Assembly (NCBI RefSeq): GCF_006345805.1
Contig: NC_043011.1
Coordinates: 65,298,464-65,362,463 of the forward strand
Origin: Octopus sinensis
Taxonomy: Eukaryota
DNA: 64,000 nt
Reading direction: 5' to 3'
The position numbers and the translations under genes were made by a program. Shown piece after piece: positions 1 through 12,816 of this stretch. The notes under the pieces were generated by a model. The model ran no database searches and had not been told where the DNA came from. It saw only the letters and a program-made list of their open reading frames with translations. Within the stretch, counting starts at the first letter, position 1, and each line of letters starts with the position of its first letter.

Positions 1-137
1 TATAAACGTATACGGACTAGTATAAAAATAGAAAATAACTGAAGTCTTCATTTTATTTCGCCCGTGTTGTAATTAACATTGTAATATTTCCCTATTGTGA
101 AGCATTTAAGAATAAAGTAGGAATTTTACAATCTCAG

Positions 138-243
138 GTGTTGTAACAGAACCATGGGGACAAGAATGCACAAATGGAGCGAAAGCAAAGTGCCCAGAAT
201 TTTTTGAAATCTTTAGAAAAAACAGAAACAATGACAACTGCGT
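138..243 (+). CDS. Candidate internal coding exon of an unknown Cys-rich protein: (G)VVTEPWGQECTNGAKAKCPEFFEIFRKNRNNDNC(V)
   Basis: Acceptor ttttacaatctcAG|, donor |GTAAGT, 106 bp open in phase 1->2, unique sequence. No homology recognised. Confidence 0.3.
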
Positions 244-523
244 GTAAGTTCCATAGAAATAATAATATTAATGTAACAATTAAATTTATCATCTACGAAA
301 TAAAATCTTGTTTGTACAATTTATTATAAAGAATCGAATGATATTTTTTTTGGCATCATTTCCTTGCTTTTCAATGAACCTCTTCTAACGGTCCACAAAC
401 AGCTAGATCCTTCGGGGAAGACTGTTTTTGCTTATTTGCGCAGTTATTTTACCCATCGCTTCCGAAACTTCTCCGAATGTTGCAAATCGATGATCTCGTG
501 AATGATACTTGAGTTTTCTACAG

Positions 524-562
524 ATACGATGGATGTAGAGAGCGAGATCTTGATTGTATATA
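524..562 (+). CDS. Candidate 39-bp exon joining the previous exon in frame: (V)YDGCRERDLDCI(Y)
   Basis: Acceptor gttttctacAG|, donor |GTGAGT; phase 2 start matches the end phase of exon 138-243 and adds two more Cys. Confidence 0.3.
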
Positions 563-686
563 GTGAGTCGAGAAGGGAAACACTGTAAGAGAAGACAAAA
601 AATCGAGCTAAGACTTCCATTACGGAACCACAGCTGTACTACCATATATCATGCGAAAGCTGAGGCACTGCAGCTAACCTAAGAAA

Positions 687-729
<43 letters not shown>

Positions 730-799
730 GGTAACGTGTTTTTTGTTTTATAAATTTCACTACAAGTGGCCAAGCATGTAAAAAAAGACAAAAGACAAC

Positions 800-1930
800 A
801 AAAGCTCAATATGAAATAGTGTACATACAAAACACAAGAGGAAACTGCGTTGAACAGGCAGGTTTTATACGCTAGAAGAAGTAGTCAAAACGACCAAAAA
901 AACTCTTAAGTGCAATCTTCAAAAGGAATGAAAAGTAATAACTTTAATCTTGTTACTTTATTCCGGTCTGACATAGATTTCTAAATTCTTTTAGCAAATA
1001 AAATAATTTGATAGGCGAAAGATTTCATCAGTAACCGCGCCATAACACTAACATATAATTAAGAGACGATTAACACGTGTCTCTTCGTTATACATTATAA
1101 CATTTGAAATCCACTGCGCAAGCGATGTATCAATCGACGGTAAATAAACGACTACAGAACTAATCACTAAGAAATTGCTAAAGTCATATACGTATATTGT
1201 GTTGGTGGTTGTTACTACTTCTAGCGTGGAAAATCTGCCTGTTGAAGGCAGGTTTCTCTTGAGTTTAAATGTAGACTATTTTATATTTGACAATATGTTT
1301 TCTATTGACTTTTTATTCATGCTAGGTCACTTGTAGTGACATTTCAAAAAATAACTTCCTACCCAACATATATTTTACGTATATGGTTTTGATCAATTTT
1401 TAAAAGATTATTTCGGCAGTCATTCATTTATCCACGGCTGGTAATATACCTGTTCGGTTAATTTGAATAATTATAATGTATAGCGATGAATCACGTGTTA
1501 ATTGTCCCTTAATGACTTGTTAGTGTTATGGCCCGGTCACTGATCAAAAAATTTCGCCTAGCAAAAATATATTTTAGTTGCTAAATCAGAAACCTCGGTC
1601 TGACCGGATTAAAATAAGGAGGCAAAAGTTATATTTTATTCCCTTTGACGATTGTTAACACGTGTTAACTGTCTCTTAATGACATGTTAGTGTTATGGCG
1701 CGGTCACTGATAAAAATTTAGGCTAGCAAATTATTTTATTTGCTAAATAAAAATTTGAAATCTCGGCCGACCGGAATAATATAATGAGGCAAAAGTTACG
1801 TTTCATTCTTTTTGACGTTTGCCCTTAAATGTGGTTTTGGTCGTTTTGACTACTTCTTCTAGCCTATTGTATGCAGGCGTCTCTTGTGTTTAAATGTACA
1901 TTATCTTATATTAAGAATAAATTGACTATT
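800..1930. repeat. Complex inverted/tandem repeat (foldback or MITE-like remnant)
   Basis: About 800-1080 is the inverted counterpart of about 1655-1925; 1492-1658 is a 167-bp tandem copy of the unit starting at 1659; about 1210-1300 is a further inverted copy of 800-890. Confidence 0.6.
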
Positions 1931-2056
1931 GACAACACATGGGATAACTTACTTGAAAAAGTACGGAATAAGGTCTTACCGCTTCTTATCTAAGTAGCAT
2001 AGCATTTGTACGCAACTGCTAATTTAACAGTATTTGACACAAGAATTATACTTATA

Positions 2057-2190
<134 letters not shown>

Positions 2191-2593
2191 AGTATGTGTG
2201 TGTGCACGCGTTTGTGCGCGCGTGTTTGTGGGTCGATGTCTATGTGTTTATAAAGTACACAAATCGTATACACTCGAGCTCACAGACAGATACAAAGCCA
2301 TATAAAAACGTGACGTCATCGTCGTTAGAAATAAAGGTGAAAGTATACAGGTGATATAATATATCACATTACAATATACATCTGATTCTTTCACATTATC
2401 CTTTGACGTTTGACACGTAATACCGAATCAGTGCAAATGATGCTTTGTTTTAATCCAAATAACCAAAAGAATTTACATGTAGCTACTGAATGGGTCTGAT
2501 TATTACCTTGTAACCTTGATTCTATTTGGTTTTAGCCGTTTGAGAATGCATAGGGAACAGACACACAGATTTATATATGTATATATATGTTAC

Positions 2594-2647
<54 letters not shown>

Positions 2648-3209
2648 AAGCGTGGGCATATGTGTATGTGTATGTAAGAATGGACGCACGTATGTACGGA
2701 CATCGTCGTTCAAATTTCGTCGGCAGAATATCAAAACACATCAGTCATCTCAACACGTACATCAAATTATTGGTGACGGTCACCCATGATCTGTTCACGA
2801 ATATTCATGAACTTTTCATTCGTTCTATAGGTCGACGTTCGTCCTCAACGGAGTTGGTGTTCAAGCAACAGTAAACTAGGGGTTTTGCTCATCTCCGTTT
2901 CAAACAGGAAAAATGCTTTTGGCCGACGTTTGTATCAGCAGAAAAGAGACTTTTACGGATGCAAGATATTCGTTTTTTAAGCCATGTCTAGAATCGCTGA
3001 ACAGGGGACAGGACTGCGCAACAATAACGCAACACAATTTAGATCGACTCTACGGGGAACTCTACCGCTTCTCGGGACCTGAAATACAACGGGCAAATTC
3101 ACACACATATCGTTTCCGGTAGCTTTCTTGTACCCTTCGTAAAAATTTATATATTTTTACATTTAAGTCTGTATATCTACATATATACATACATATATAT
3201 ATATATATG

Positions 3210-3435
3210 TACTCTTTACTTTTTTACTCTTTTACTTGTTTCACTCATTTGACTGCGGCCATGCTGGAGCACCGCCATTTGTCGAGCAAATCGTCCCCGA
3301 GACTTATTCTTTGTAAGCCCAGTACGTATTCTATCGGTCTCTTTTGTCGAACCGCTAAGTGACGGGGACGTAAACACCCACCATCATCGGTTGTCAAGCA
3401 ATGCTAGGGGGACAAACACAGACACACAAACACAC
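3210..3435 (-). mobile_element. tRNA-derived SINE, 3' half
   Basis: Reverse complement of the 3' half of the full SINE at 42374-42791 (ggccgcagtcaaatga...aagtaaaagagta tail). Confidence 0.75.
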
Positions 3436-3575
3436 TCACATATACATTTATATATATATATATATATAGAAATTCGGGGTGAGTACTTGATAATTATAAG
3501 CACCTGTGTATACCGTTTGGTGGTGTAGGTGGTGGAGTAAATTGATCAAAATAAAAACATGATGCCAAGGATTCA

Positions 3576-3653
3576 GCGGTACATATGTTTCGGGCCTTTA
3601 TTAGACAGATTTATAACAATGCATAATGTATGTTTGTGGCCTTCTTCAGCCGC
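3576..3653 (-). ncRNA. Type I hammerhead ribozyme motif (PLE-1, left arm)
   Basis: GCGG-CUGAAGA-aGGCC[long insert]GGCCc-GAAA-C-AUAU-G-UA-CCGC; palindromic minimal stem III; A10.1-C11.1 mismatch. Confidence 0.6.
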
Positions 3654-5599
3654 GCACAACAGCTTCCACAAGGACATGTGTTACATCAAAAATTCTTGGT
3701 TGGGGATGCAAATCCTCTCATTCCCGTATGACATAATGCGGCAACAGCATAGAATTGAAGCGTCCATCTCCTTCTTCTCTCAATGTAGAATGAGGAAATG
3801 TGGATGTTGAAGTAATGTAAATAAATAAATACATATATAGACGTGAAGATGGAGGGGCGAGAATTCAGGACGAGGGATAAAAAATGTATGTATAAAAAGT
3901 ATAAGTATAGAAAAATATTAAAATGTAGAGTATAAAGATATGAAGGGATATAAGGAGATGTAAAGGGGGTATAAAGAATATAAAGAAATATAAAGAAATA
4001 TAAATGAATGTAAAGGCATAAGGTTATAAAGTAAAGATAGAAATAGAAATAAAAGTAAAAAGTAAAAAAATAAAAATAGGAATAAACATGATAAAAATGT
4101 AAAAAAATATAAAAAAATATAAAGATAAGGGATGTATAGAGGTTAGGGACCAAACATGGTGGTCAGGAGATTGATAAAGTTTAGTTGTAGAAGTTGTCTG
4201 GGGACCTAGTGTGTTGTAAATCAGAGCTGTTGAGCGTTTAATCTAGTTCTTTGAATTAATTGGTCATCTTGTACATACATACCATCATGGATACATACAC
4301 CCATATACACGCGCACATATACGCGCGCATACACGGCTCCAAGCCTATAAGCATACACACGCACTCACGTGTAAACATGTACATAAACACACATACACCC
4401 ACACGCACGCGCGTACATATACATACATACAACAGAATATCCGCATGTATACACGGGCATTATACGTGTACACACCCATATATACATACGTGCGTCCATT
4501 CTTACATACACATACACATATGCCCACGCTTCCAGGTTTAGATATAAGATATTAAAGGATGTATATAAGAACGTATGTAAAGAATCACGCACTCACGTCC
4601 ACACGTGCACGCACACACGGCTGTGTGTCCATATGTGCGTGCACATATGCACTTACATATACACACAGAGACATACGCGCATATGGGTATAGCTATAAGA
4701 TATTAAAAGATGTATACAAATAGGTGTAAACATATGAATATAAGAAAACATGTAAAAAAATGTAAAGAAATACGGGGTATGCACATCCAGACGTAGATGT
4801 TTACTCGTACATATGTACACATATGTATACGTATACATACGTACACGGACGCTCGTAAATAAGGGATAAGCAAAAAATAGACATATATAGAGATATAAAG
4901 CGATAAGTTAGGGGTAAGAATGAGGGTAAGGGTAAAAATTAGAAATAAAAGTAAAAAATACAATATAAAATAAGAAATACAATGTAAAAGTTAGAAATGA
5001 AATATAAAAATTATAAAAATTATAAGAATTAAGATAAGGGATGAAAATAAAAATGAGAATAAAGGTAAAGCGAAGTAGAATAGGATAAAGCAAAATAAAA
5101 GTAAAAATAAAAATAAAATAAAATAAAAATATAATCTGGTAAAGTTTAACATGAGATGAAGGTGTTTGAAAGTTAGAGGTGTGTGTTAAAGGTGCCCACG
5201 TAGGGGCGGGCGGGGGGAACTGAAAATTGGAAGGGTGGGAAGTGGAGTTTGGCGGTGTGCGTTCAACATCCGAGTTAGAAATGTGAAAGGGTCTAGATAT
5301 AGGGAAATAAAGAGACTATATAGGAAGGATATGGATGTAGGAGAAGAAATATGTAGGGAAAAAATGACATATATGGGAGACAAAATGTGCATATATAGGA
5401 GGAAAATGCAGGGAAACATATATGCACATACACCCCCCACACACACATATATATATATATATATACATACACACATGTGCACATACATATATATACGCAC
5501 ACATATACGCATATACACGCACATATAGGAAAGCGGGATGTGCTGGAGCCGACAGGTTTCAACGGGTGGGAGGAAATTGCATGGGGGAGTTGGTATAAT

Positions 5600-6933
5600 A
5601 ACCTAAGCTTTGTAGTATTTGAAAGTATTAATAAGTTTGTGTATACAGGATGGTTTGAACTCTGACCTTTTGTTAATAAGATTGTGTTTGTCTTTGAATT
5701 TCAAGATGTTCAGGATTTCTACACAACATAGTTGGCATCCTGCTCTATTATTTAAATAAGGTGCAGCTGATCCGATGATGGACCACCTGAGTTTGAAGCC
5801 TATGCATTTGTCTTTTATTCACCAAATTTTTTTAGAAAGGGAGGTGCTGTTAGCCTTATGTCTGTGCTTCAGCGAGGACCGGTGGTTGTAGTATCTGGAT
5901 TTCCTGGAGGTTGAGCAACCTATGTAGGTGAGTGTGTTAAACTGGGTACTCACCTCACATGAATATATTACGTTTTTCGCCCTACATGCGCCCTGTAGCG
6001 GGCACTCGGATGCACATATGCAGTTGCACTGCATTGCATTATTCGGTCGTGTGCTGCTAATCCCAGGCGGAGGTGTTGCAATACGAGTGGGGGCGTTGAT
6101 ATCCTCCTGGTTGTTGATGGGTGTAGTATTTCCTCTGTTGTGTTAGCGGGTGTTATTACTAACTGTTTGGGTAATATGGCTGCTAGTCTGATTATATTGT
6201 CTACTAACTGGATGAGGGGGTTCGGTTGGTCGCTATAGCTTGCTCTGTATCTAGCTGTTCTAATATTAATATAGTTATGTTTAGCTATGAGGCAGCACAT
6301 GTTGGGCAGGGTAGAGTAGGAAATCCTAATGGTTTTGTTGGGGAAGATACTTCTATACTTATGGGTGGGTGGGAAGTTGTTGGAAATGATAGAGAATATT
6401 CTCTTACATAACTTACCCCTAACTGCTAAGTTGTATGGTATGTTGAACCATATATATTTGCATAATCGACTATTATCCCTTCTATTTCTCCTAATAGGAT
6501 CTATATTACTCTCGTCGGGAGGGTTACTATTGTGTGCTATTCTATTAGTTCGCCTATTTCCTATACGTTGTTTGGAGTTTAAATTAGAATTATCGCTAGT
6601 GTGAGTTGAGTGCGGAGTTCGATTATAATTGGGAATTTTATGGCCAACGGACGTTCCCGGGTGGTCTACATATGATATTCTCTGGTTATACCCAGCACTA
6701 TAGAGAGCCTGGTTGTAGTGTTGTGCATGATTATTGAAAATTTCTCTATTAGAGGATAGTTTTGTAAGTCTGTCTGAGATGGCTTGGACCGTGGTGCTAA
6801 TTATACAGGGTGGATGGTTGGAAGAGGTATGGATGTATTTGGTAGTTTCTTCGGGTTTCCTATACGGGTGGTGAAGGTGCTTTTTCAAGTCTAACGTAAC
6901 ATCTAAGAAGTTTACTATTTTAGTATTGGTCAT
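5600..6933 (-). pseudogene. PLE RT C-terminus plus GIY-YIG endonuclease (frameshifted)
   Basis: KIVNFLDVTLDL...PYRKPEETTKYIHTSSNHPP (5968-6933), then C-x-C...CPLQGAC...NVIY...TYIGCS...RYYNHRSS (5819-6034) and downstream WSII...CQLC...LINKRSE. Confidence 0.85.
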
Positions 6934-8451
6934 TACCAGATTATATTTTTATTTTAGTTTATTTTTATTTTTACTTTTATTTTGCTTTATCCTATTCTAC
7001 TTCGCTTTACCTTTATTCTCATTTTTATTTTCATCCCTTATCTTAATTCTAATAATTTTTATAATTTTTATATTTCATTTCTAACTTTTACATTGTATTT
7101 CTTATTTTATATTGTATTTCTTACTTTTATTTCTAATTTTTACTCTTACCCTCATTCTTACCCCTAACTTATCGCTTTATATCTCTATATATGTCTATCT
7201 TTTTTGCTTATCCCTTATTTACTTACCTATGGATCCGGTTTATGATTATACGAGCGTCCGTGTACGTATGTATACGTATACATATGTGTACATATGTACG
7301 AGTAAACATCTACGTCTGGATGTGCATACCCCGTATTTCTTTACATTTTTTTACATGTTTTCTTATACTCATATGTTTACACCTATTTGTATACATCTTT
7401 TAATATCTTATAGCTATACCCATATGCGCGTATGTCTCTGTGTGTATATGTAAGTGCATATGTGCACGCACATATGGACACACAGCCGTGTGTGCGTGCA
7501 CGTGTGGACGTGAGTGCGTGATTCTTTACATACGTTCTTATATACATCCTTTAATATCTTATATCTAAACCTGGAAGCGTGGGCATATGTGTATGTGTAT
7601 GTAAGAATGGACGCACGTATGTATATATGGGTGTGTACACGTATAATGTCCGTGTATACATGCGGATATTCTGTTGTATGTATGTATATGTACGCGCGTG
7701 CGTGTGGGTGTATATGTGTTTATGTACATGTTTACACGTGAGTGCGCGTGTATGCTTATAGGCTTGGAGCCGTGTATGCGCGCGTATATGTGCGCGTGTA
7801 TATGGGTGTATGTATCCATGATGGTATGTATGTACAAGATGACCAATTAATTCAAAGAACTAGATTAAACGCTCAACAGCTCTGATTTACAACACACTAG
7901 GTCCCCAGACAACTTCTACAACTAAACTTTATCAATCTCCTGACCACCATGTTTGGTCCCTAACCTCTATACATCCCTTATCATTATATTTTTTTATATT
8001 TTTTTACATTTTTATCATGTTTATTCCTATTTTTATTTTTTTACTTTTTACTTTTATTTCTATTTCTATCTTTACTTTATAACCTTATGCCTTTACATTC
8101 ATTTATATTTCTTTATATTTCTTTATATTCTTTATACCCACTTTACATCTCCTTATATCCCTTTATATCTTTATACTCTACATTTTAATATTTTCTATAC
8201 TTATACCTTTTATACATACATTTTTTATCCCTCGTCCTGAATTCTCGCCCCTCCATCTTCACGTCTATATATGTATTTATTTATTTACATTGCTTCAACA
8301 TCCACATTTCCTCATTCTACATTGAGAGAAGAAGGAGATGGACGCTTCAATTCTATGCTGTTGCCGCATTATGTCGTACGCGAATGAGAGGATTTGCATC
8401 CCCAACCAAGAATCTTTGATGTAACACATGTCCTTGTGGAAGCTGTTGTGC

Positions 8452-8529
8452 GCGGCTGAAGAAGGCCACAGACATACATTATGCATTGTTATAAATCTGT
8501 CTAATAAAGGCCCGAAACATATGTACCGC
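8452..8529 (+). ncRNA. Type I hammerhead ribozyme motif (PLE-1, right arm)
   Basis: CTGAAGA at 8456-8462, GAAA at 8514-8517, GUA cleavage triplet at 8523-8525, stem I gcgg/ccgc. Confidence 0.6.
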
Positions 8530-8562
8530 TGAATCCTTGGCATCATGTTTTTATTTTGATTA

Positions 8563-8610
<48 letters not shown>

Positions 8611-8614
<4 letters not shown>

Positions 8615-8776
8615 GACAGGCTTCTTTCAGTTTCCGTCTACCAAATCCACTCACAAGGCATGGGTCGGCCCGGGGCTATAGCAGAATTCACTTGGCTAAG
8701 ATGCCACGCAGTGGGATTGAACCCAGAACCATGTGGTTGGTTAGCAAGCTACTTACCACACAGCCACTTCTGCGCC
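8611..8776 (-). mobile_element. tRNA-derived SINE, 5' half
   Basis: Reverse complement matches the SINE head ggcgcagaagtggctgtgtggtaag...gggttcaatccc, same family as 42374. Confidence 0.75.
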
Positions 8777-8796
8777 TATATATATATACACACACA

Positions 8797-8887
<91 letters not shown>

Positions 8888-8989
8888 GATATATATATAT
8901 ATTTATATATATTCATATATGCATATATAAACATATATACGTGTGTGTGTGTGCATATATATATATTGTATGTACACTTGTATCCATGC

Positions 8990-9792
8990 ACTAGCTGCAT
9001 AGCCCGGTGTTTCCCGGGTATGTAAGAGCCCCTAGTAGGCAACGACTAATCCCAATCTAGTCCTTTCCCTTTAGGGAACGAAGGCGCATGTGTAGATTGC
9101 AATGTCTTCTCTTCACTCGAATACTTCTGTGTATACGATATTCCTAGCTGTCCATTTGGGCGATAAAAAGACCGAGTTGCGTCCCTTAGAGAGTCTGTAG
9201 TTTGTTTTTAATACACAAATCGGTTTGTTATGTGTGTCATATATGATTTAATTAAACGATTTTTTCCAGTACTAAAGTATCCTTCTGGAATAAAAAGGGC
9301 CATATAGCTCATTGGAACAGACATGATGCTCGCTGTAAATTTAAAAAGAAATTCCTGCCAATTTGTGAAAGATATTGTCGAGAATATGTCATCTTGAATT
9401 TGAACGCGATTTCCCAAAATGGCATGAATTTATCGATTGTTTCCGATAGTATGGTATTGCATGGAAAACGAACGCCAGAATTAAGTTTCTTAGGGTAAAA
9501 TGAAGCTTCACCATGAGTTTAGTAAAAATCGAATGCAAGTTGCGAAAACTACAACAGAAAATGTGTTGCATATAAAAAGCTTAGATTCTCGACCCTATAT
9601 CAAATTTATCGATGTTTGTTAGAACTGGAGAAACATTTCAAAATTTTGGCTGCGTTGGTTTTGAATTATGACATTGGGATATGTGTGTGTCAGGTTTCAT
9701 CAGAATCGGTTGAAAGCCGTGGTCAGGGTGGGTGTACAACCTGACAGACATAGACACAGACACACACAGTCCGCGTATCAGTGTTTTGTATA
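8990..9792 (+). mobile_element. Probable non-autonomous Helentron/DINE-1-like rolling-circle element
   Basis: 5' ACTAGC followed by a CCCGG/CCGGG hairpin; 3' TTTCATCAGAATCGGTTGAAAGCCGTGG followed by (GACA)n-like repeats, resembling DINE-1/HINE-type ends. Confidence 0.5.
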
Positions 9793-9928
9793 TTTCGGTG
9801 GCTAAGTTGTAATTTACATTTTCCTCATTAACTTTCTTTTCCAGGGGTTACAATCATTTTCTGACGTGCATGTTTCCTTTTATCATAGCTAGATGTTATG
9901 CTCAGTTTAAAAAACCTCACATATGCCA

Positions 9929-10891
9929 CGTAAGTTATCTTCTCATTACAAAATTGATAGAATTTCTTGAAATACTTTTCCGTTCTGTCTTCGAATTCGC
10001 CTTGAAATATCTATAAATTTTGAGCAATGATTACTCTTGACTTTTCTATTCGTAATATATTTTAATTTGTTTGCGAGGTATGGGTAGGAAAAATGAATAG
10101 TCTGTACTATCTAATGAATTTTTGCAGCAGTGACATTCTTTTGCATTGCTATTAACTTTTCAATATAGAAACAATATACCATAAATGTTTTCGAAACTAT
10201 TGCTGATGTTGATAGCAGAAAACACTTGAGAATGTTTTCTGTCATCATGAGACGGGTCGATACATTTAGATGCGAATTAAATTTCGTGAACAGACAATAA
10301 CTGCTTTGAAGTATATAAGTGAGCTTTATTAAACACGGAAACCAGATTATTTACTACACTTAATTCCTTAAGTCGAACGAGACGCTTCAATCCAAGCCCC
10401 AGATGTCATTACAAAACGCTTCCTTATTTGGTGTTGTATTAAGTTGTGACTGGTGTAGTGTATATTTTAAACGCCGCCAGAAGGATTCCATTTTTTATAA
10501 AGCTCATGTATCACTAGTAAAGTCAGTGAAGTTCATTGTTTTACTAACTACATAGAAAACATTTTGTAAACTCGCTCCTGACAAATTCTCTGTCAAGAGA
10601 AACAGGCTATTCAAAATTAAACAAAAAATTAAATATTAGCAAATATAAGTCTCTAGTATTAGTGTCATTCATGAGAATCGATCTTGAAGGTATAGTGTTC
10701 TAAAAACCAGCGCCGCATTTGTTTTCATGCTTTCGTATTGAATCTACAATACAATTTAAATTGGGAGCAATAATGGCAGGTAGTATAAGAGATAATATAA
10801 TTGCATACATCGCTTAAGATATCTAGAATGATAACCTTTATACCCCCCTCATTAGGATATACATACACACATACATAATATACATGCATTA

Positions 10892-10963
<72 letters not shown>

Positions 10964-12763
10964 TTTTGTGTAGATTTATTAAATCCAGATATGCAAAATT
11001 CTTTGTTTTCAACATATATGTTATTTCTTTGCAGAACCTGGGCAATCCTTCTAGCGTTAAGGTAATTGATTTCATTCCAACAATTCCCCCAGCAACCTGT
11101 TTATACTGCAATATCTTTGACCGAATCCCATTTCACTTGAGAACTTTCTTCAGGAATATTAGTATAAATTACGGAGATGTACTTGCATAGCAAATGACCT
11201 GATGTGAATCGTGTGCTGGAACGAAAACACTCGCAGTGTGGAAGATGTTTATATGCCATTTAAGAAACTCAGAAAAAACGTTAGATTCACTTTAACATCA
11301 ACATTTATTTTGCCAAAATATTTTCGTCGCTTTGAGACCGCGACCTGTTCCCTCACAAAATTCATTGCTGCGTCTGTGATAATTGTAAGTATAATTACGG
11401 ATTGCTTTATGCATTACAATAGTAACATCATAGCAACAAATATTCAAGCATTTTCTACATTTATTATTAGATAGCGGTCAAATAACATGGTATATTTACG
11501 AGTTGACAACTGCGTGAATATTACAATATCAATACATTCATTACTAATTGCATAATTATTTTGATATTATTATATAAATATTTAAGGTACATCTACAATA
11601 ATGAGTTAGAAATCTCATTAATATGCAGAGGTGAAACTCATTGTACCTTTTGCTATATAATTTCAGGGTGAAACTACTAATGAAGGTCATACACATTCAC
11701 GTTAAGATGAAGGAAGTTGTTGCAATATTTCTATTCAAATTCTGCGGAGGTTGCCTTTCGTCGTTTCGGGGTTGATAAATTAAATACCAGTTGCTTACTG
11801 AGGTCGATCAAATCGAATGTCCCGCTCCCGCACAATAATAATAATGATAATAGTACCGGCCTTGTGCCCAGAGTAGAACAGAATGTATTGTATTGGTCCT
11901 CTATAGTGAACAGCTATAACAACACGATTGCCTCGGCTCATAACCAACACACATCGCCTGAAAGAAACAGGAAGAAATAAGTTAGCCCTCCCCCAGAGAA
12001 GGTTTGAACCCGGTTTTTCTTCTGCATAGTGCACCACATTGAACTAATTAGTATGTGGCACCCTGGTACCGGCCTAATTTTTCTGTCTTTTAAACTGATT
12101 CATCATCAGCAAGATCCTAGTAAATCTCATATTTGTTAATGAATGGAAGATAATCAGTCAATTTCTTGTATAATTAACGACGAACTAATTTGAACATACG
12201 TGGATTCCAGATTTATCTATATATATATCCTTTTCTCCAATTCTCGTTCCAGATCTCCTTACAAAGTATATTCCTGGCTACATTCGCGGTTCAATTATTA
12301 AAGCAAAAATAAGGGCATTGGTGAAATAATGATATGCATGCGTTGTTCTGTAATTCACAGTTGTAGTACAAACTTAAATATTTGAAATGTGTTGTAATGG
12401 GAACAGATTAACGAATGTGTATTTTTCTTTCATATAATGTTCACACGTTCTGAAGTTCTGTATAATCAATATCTAGAGGGGACACTTTTGAAAATAATCA
12501 GAAAAAAATAAAGAAGAAAATGTTCACATATTGTTAGTGTTAATATTATTAGTAGATAAACGCGTTGTTATACCAATTACAATATGTTTAATGTGTGCGT
12601 GGCTGTATATGTATGTGCTTGCGTTTATCTCTCTATATATAGATGTGTGTGTGTGTGTGTGTGTGTGTGCGTGCGTGTGTTAGAGTGTGTGTGTGTGTTG
12701 AATGAATGTATATATATATATATATATACATACATAGATAGATAGATAGATATACAGATAGAA

Positions 12764-12816
<53 letters not shown>

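Larger units (their letters stand above)
3470..8567 (-). mobile_element. Penelope-like element (PLE-1), 5'-truncated, capped by a 1.6-kb inverted copy of its 3' end
   Basis: Minus-strand ORF with PLE RT C-terminus and GIY-YIG domain; near-identical inverted arms 3538-5142 and 6933-8567; hammerhead motif near the outer end of each arm. Confidence 0.85.

Noticed and set aside
2830-3122. Possible exons or 69-aa ORF (MLLADVCIS...) in unique, GC-richer DNA
   Set aside because: Splice phases do not link convincingly to the 138-562 exons and no motif is recognisable.
3686-4153. Hydrophobic F/Y/L-rich ORF and its mirror at 7953-8240, resembling a membrane or mitochondrial protein
   Set aside because: Low-complexity pyrimidine-rich PLE terminal repeat; no conserved protein motifs and the mirror copy is frameshifted.
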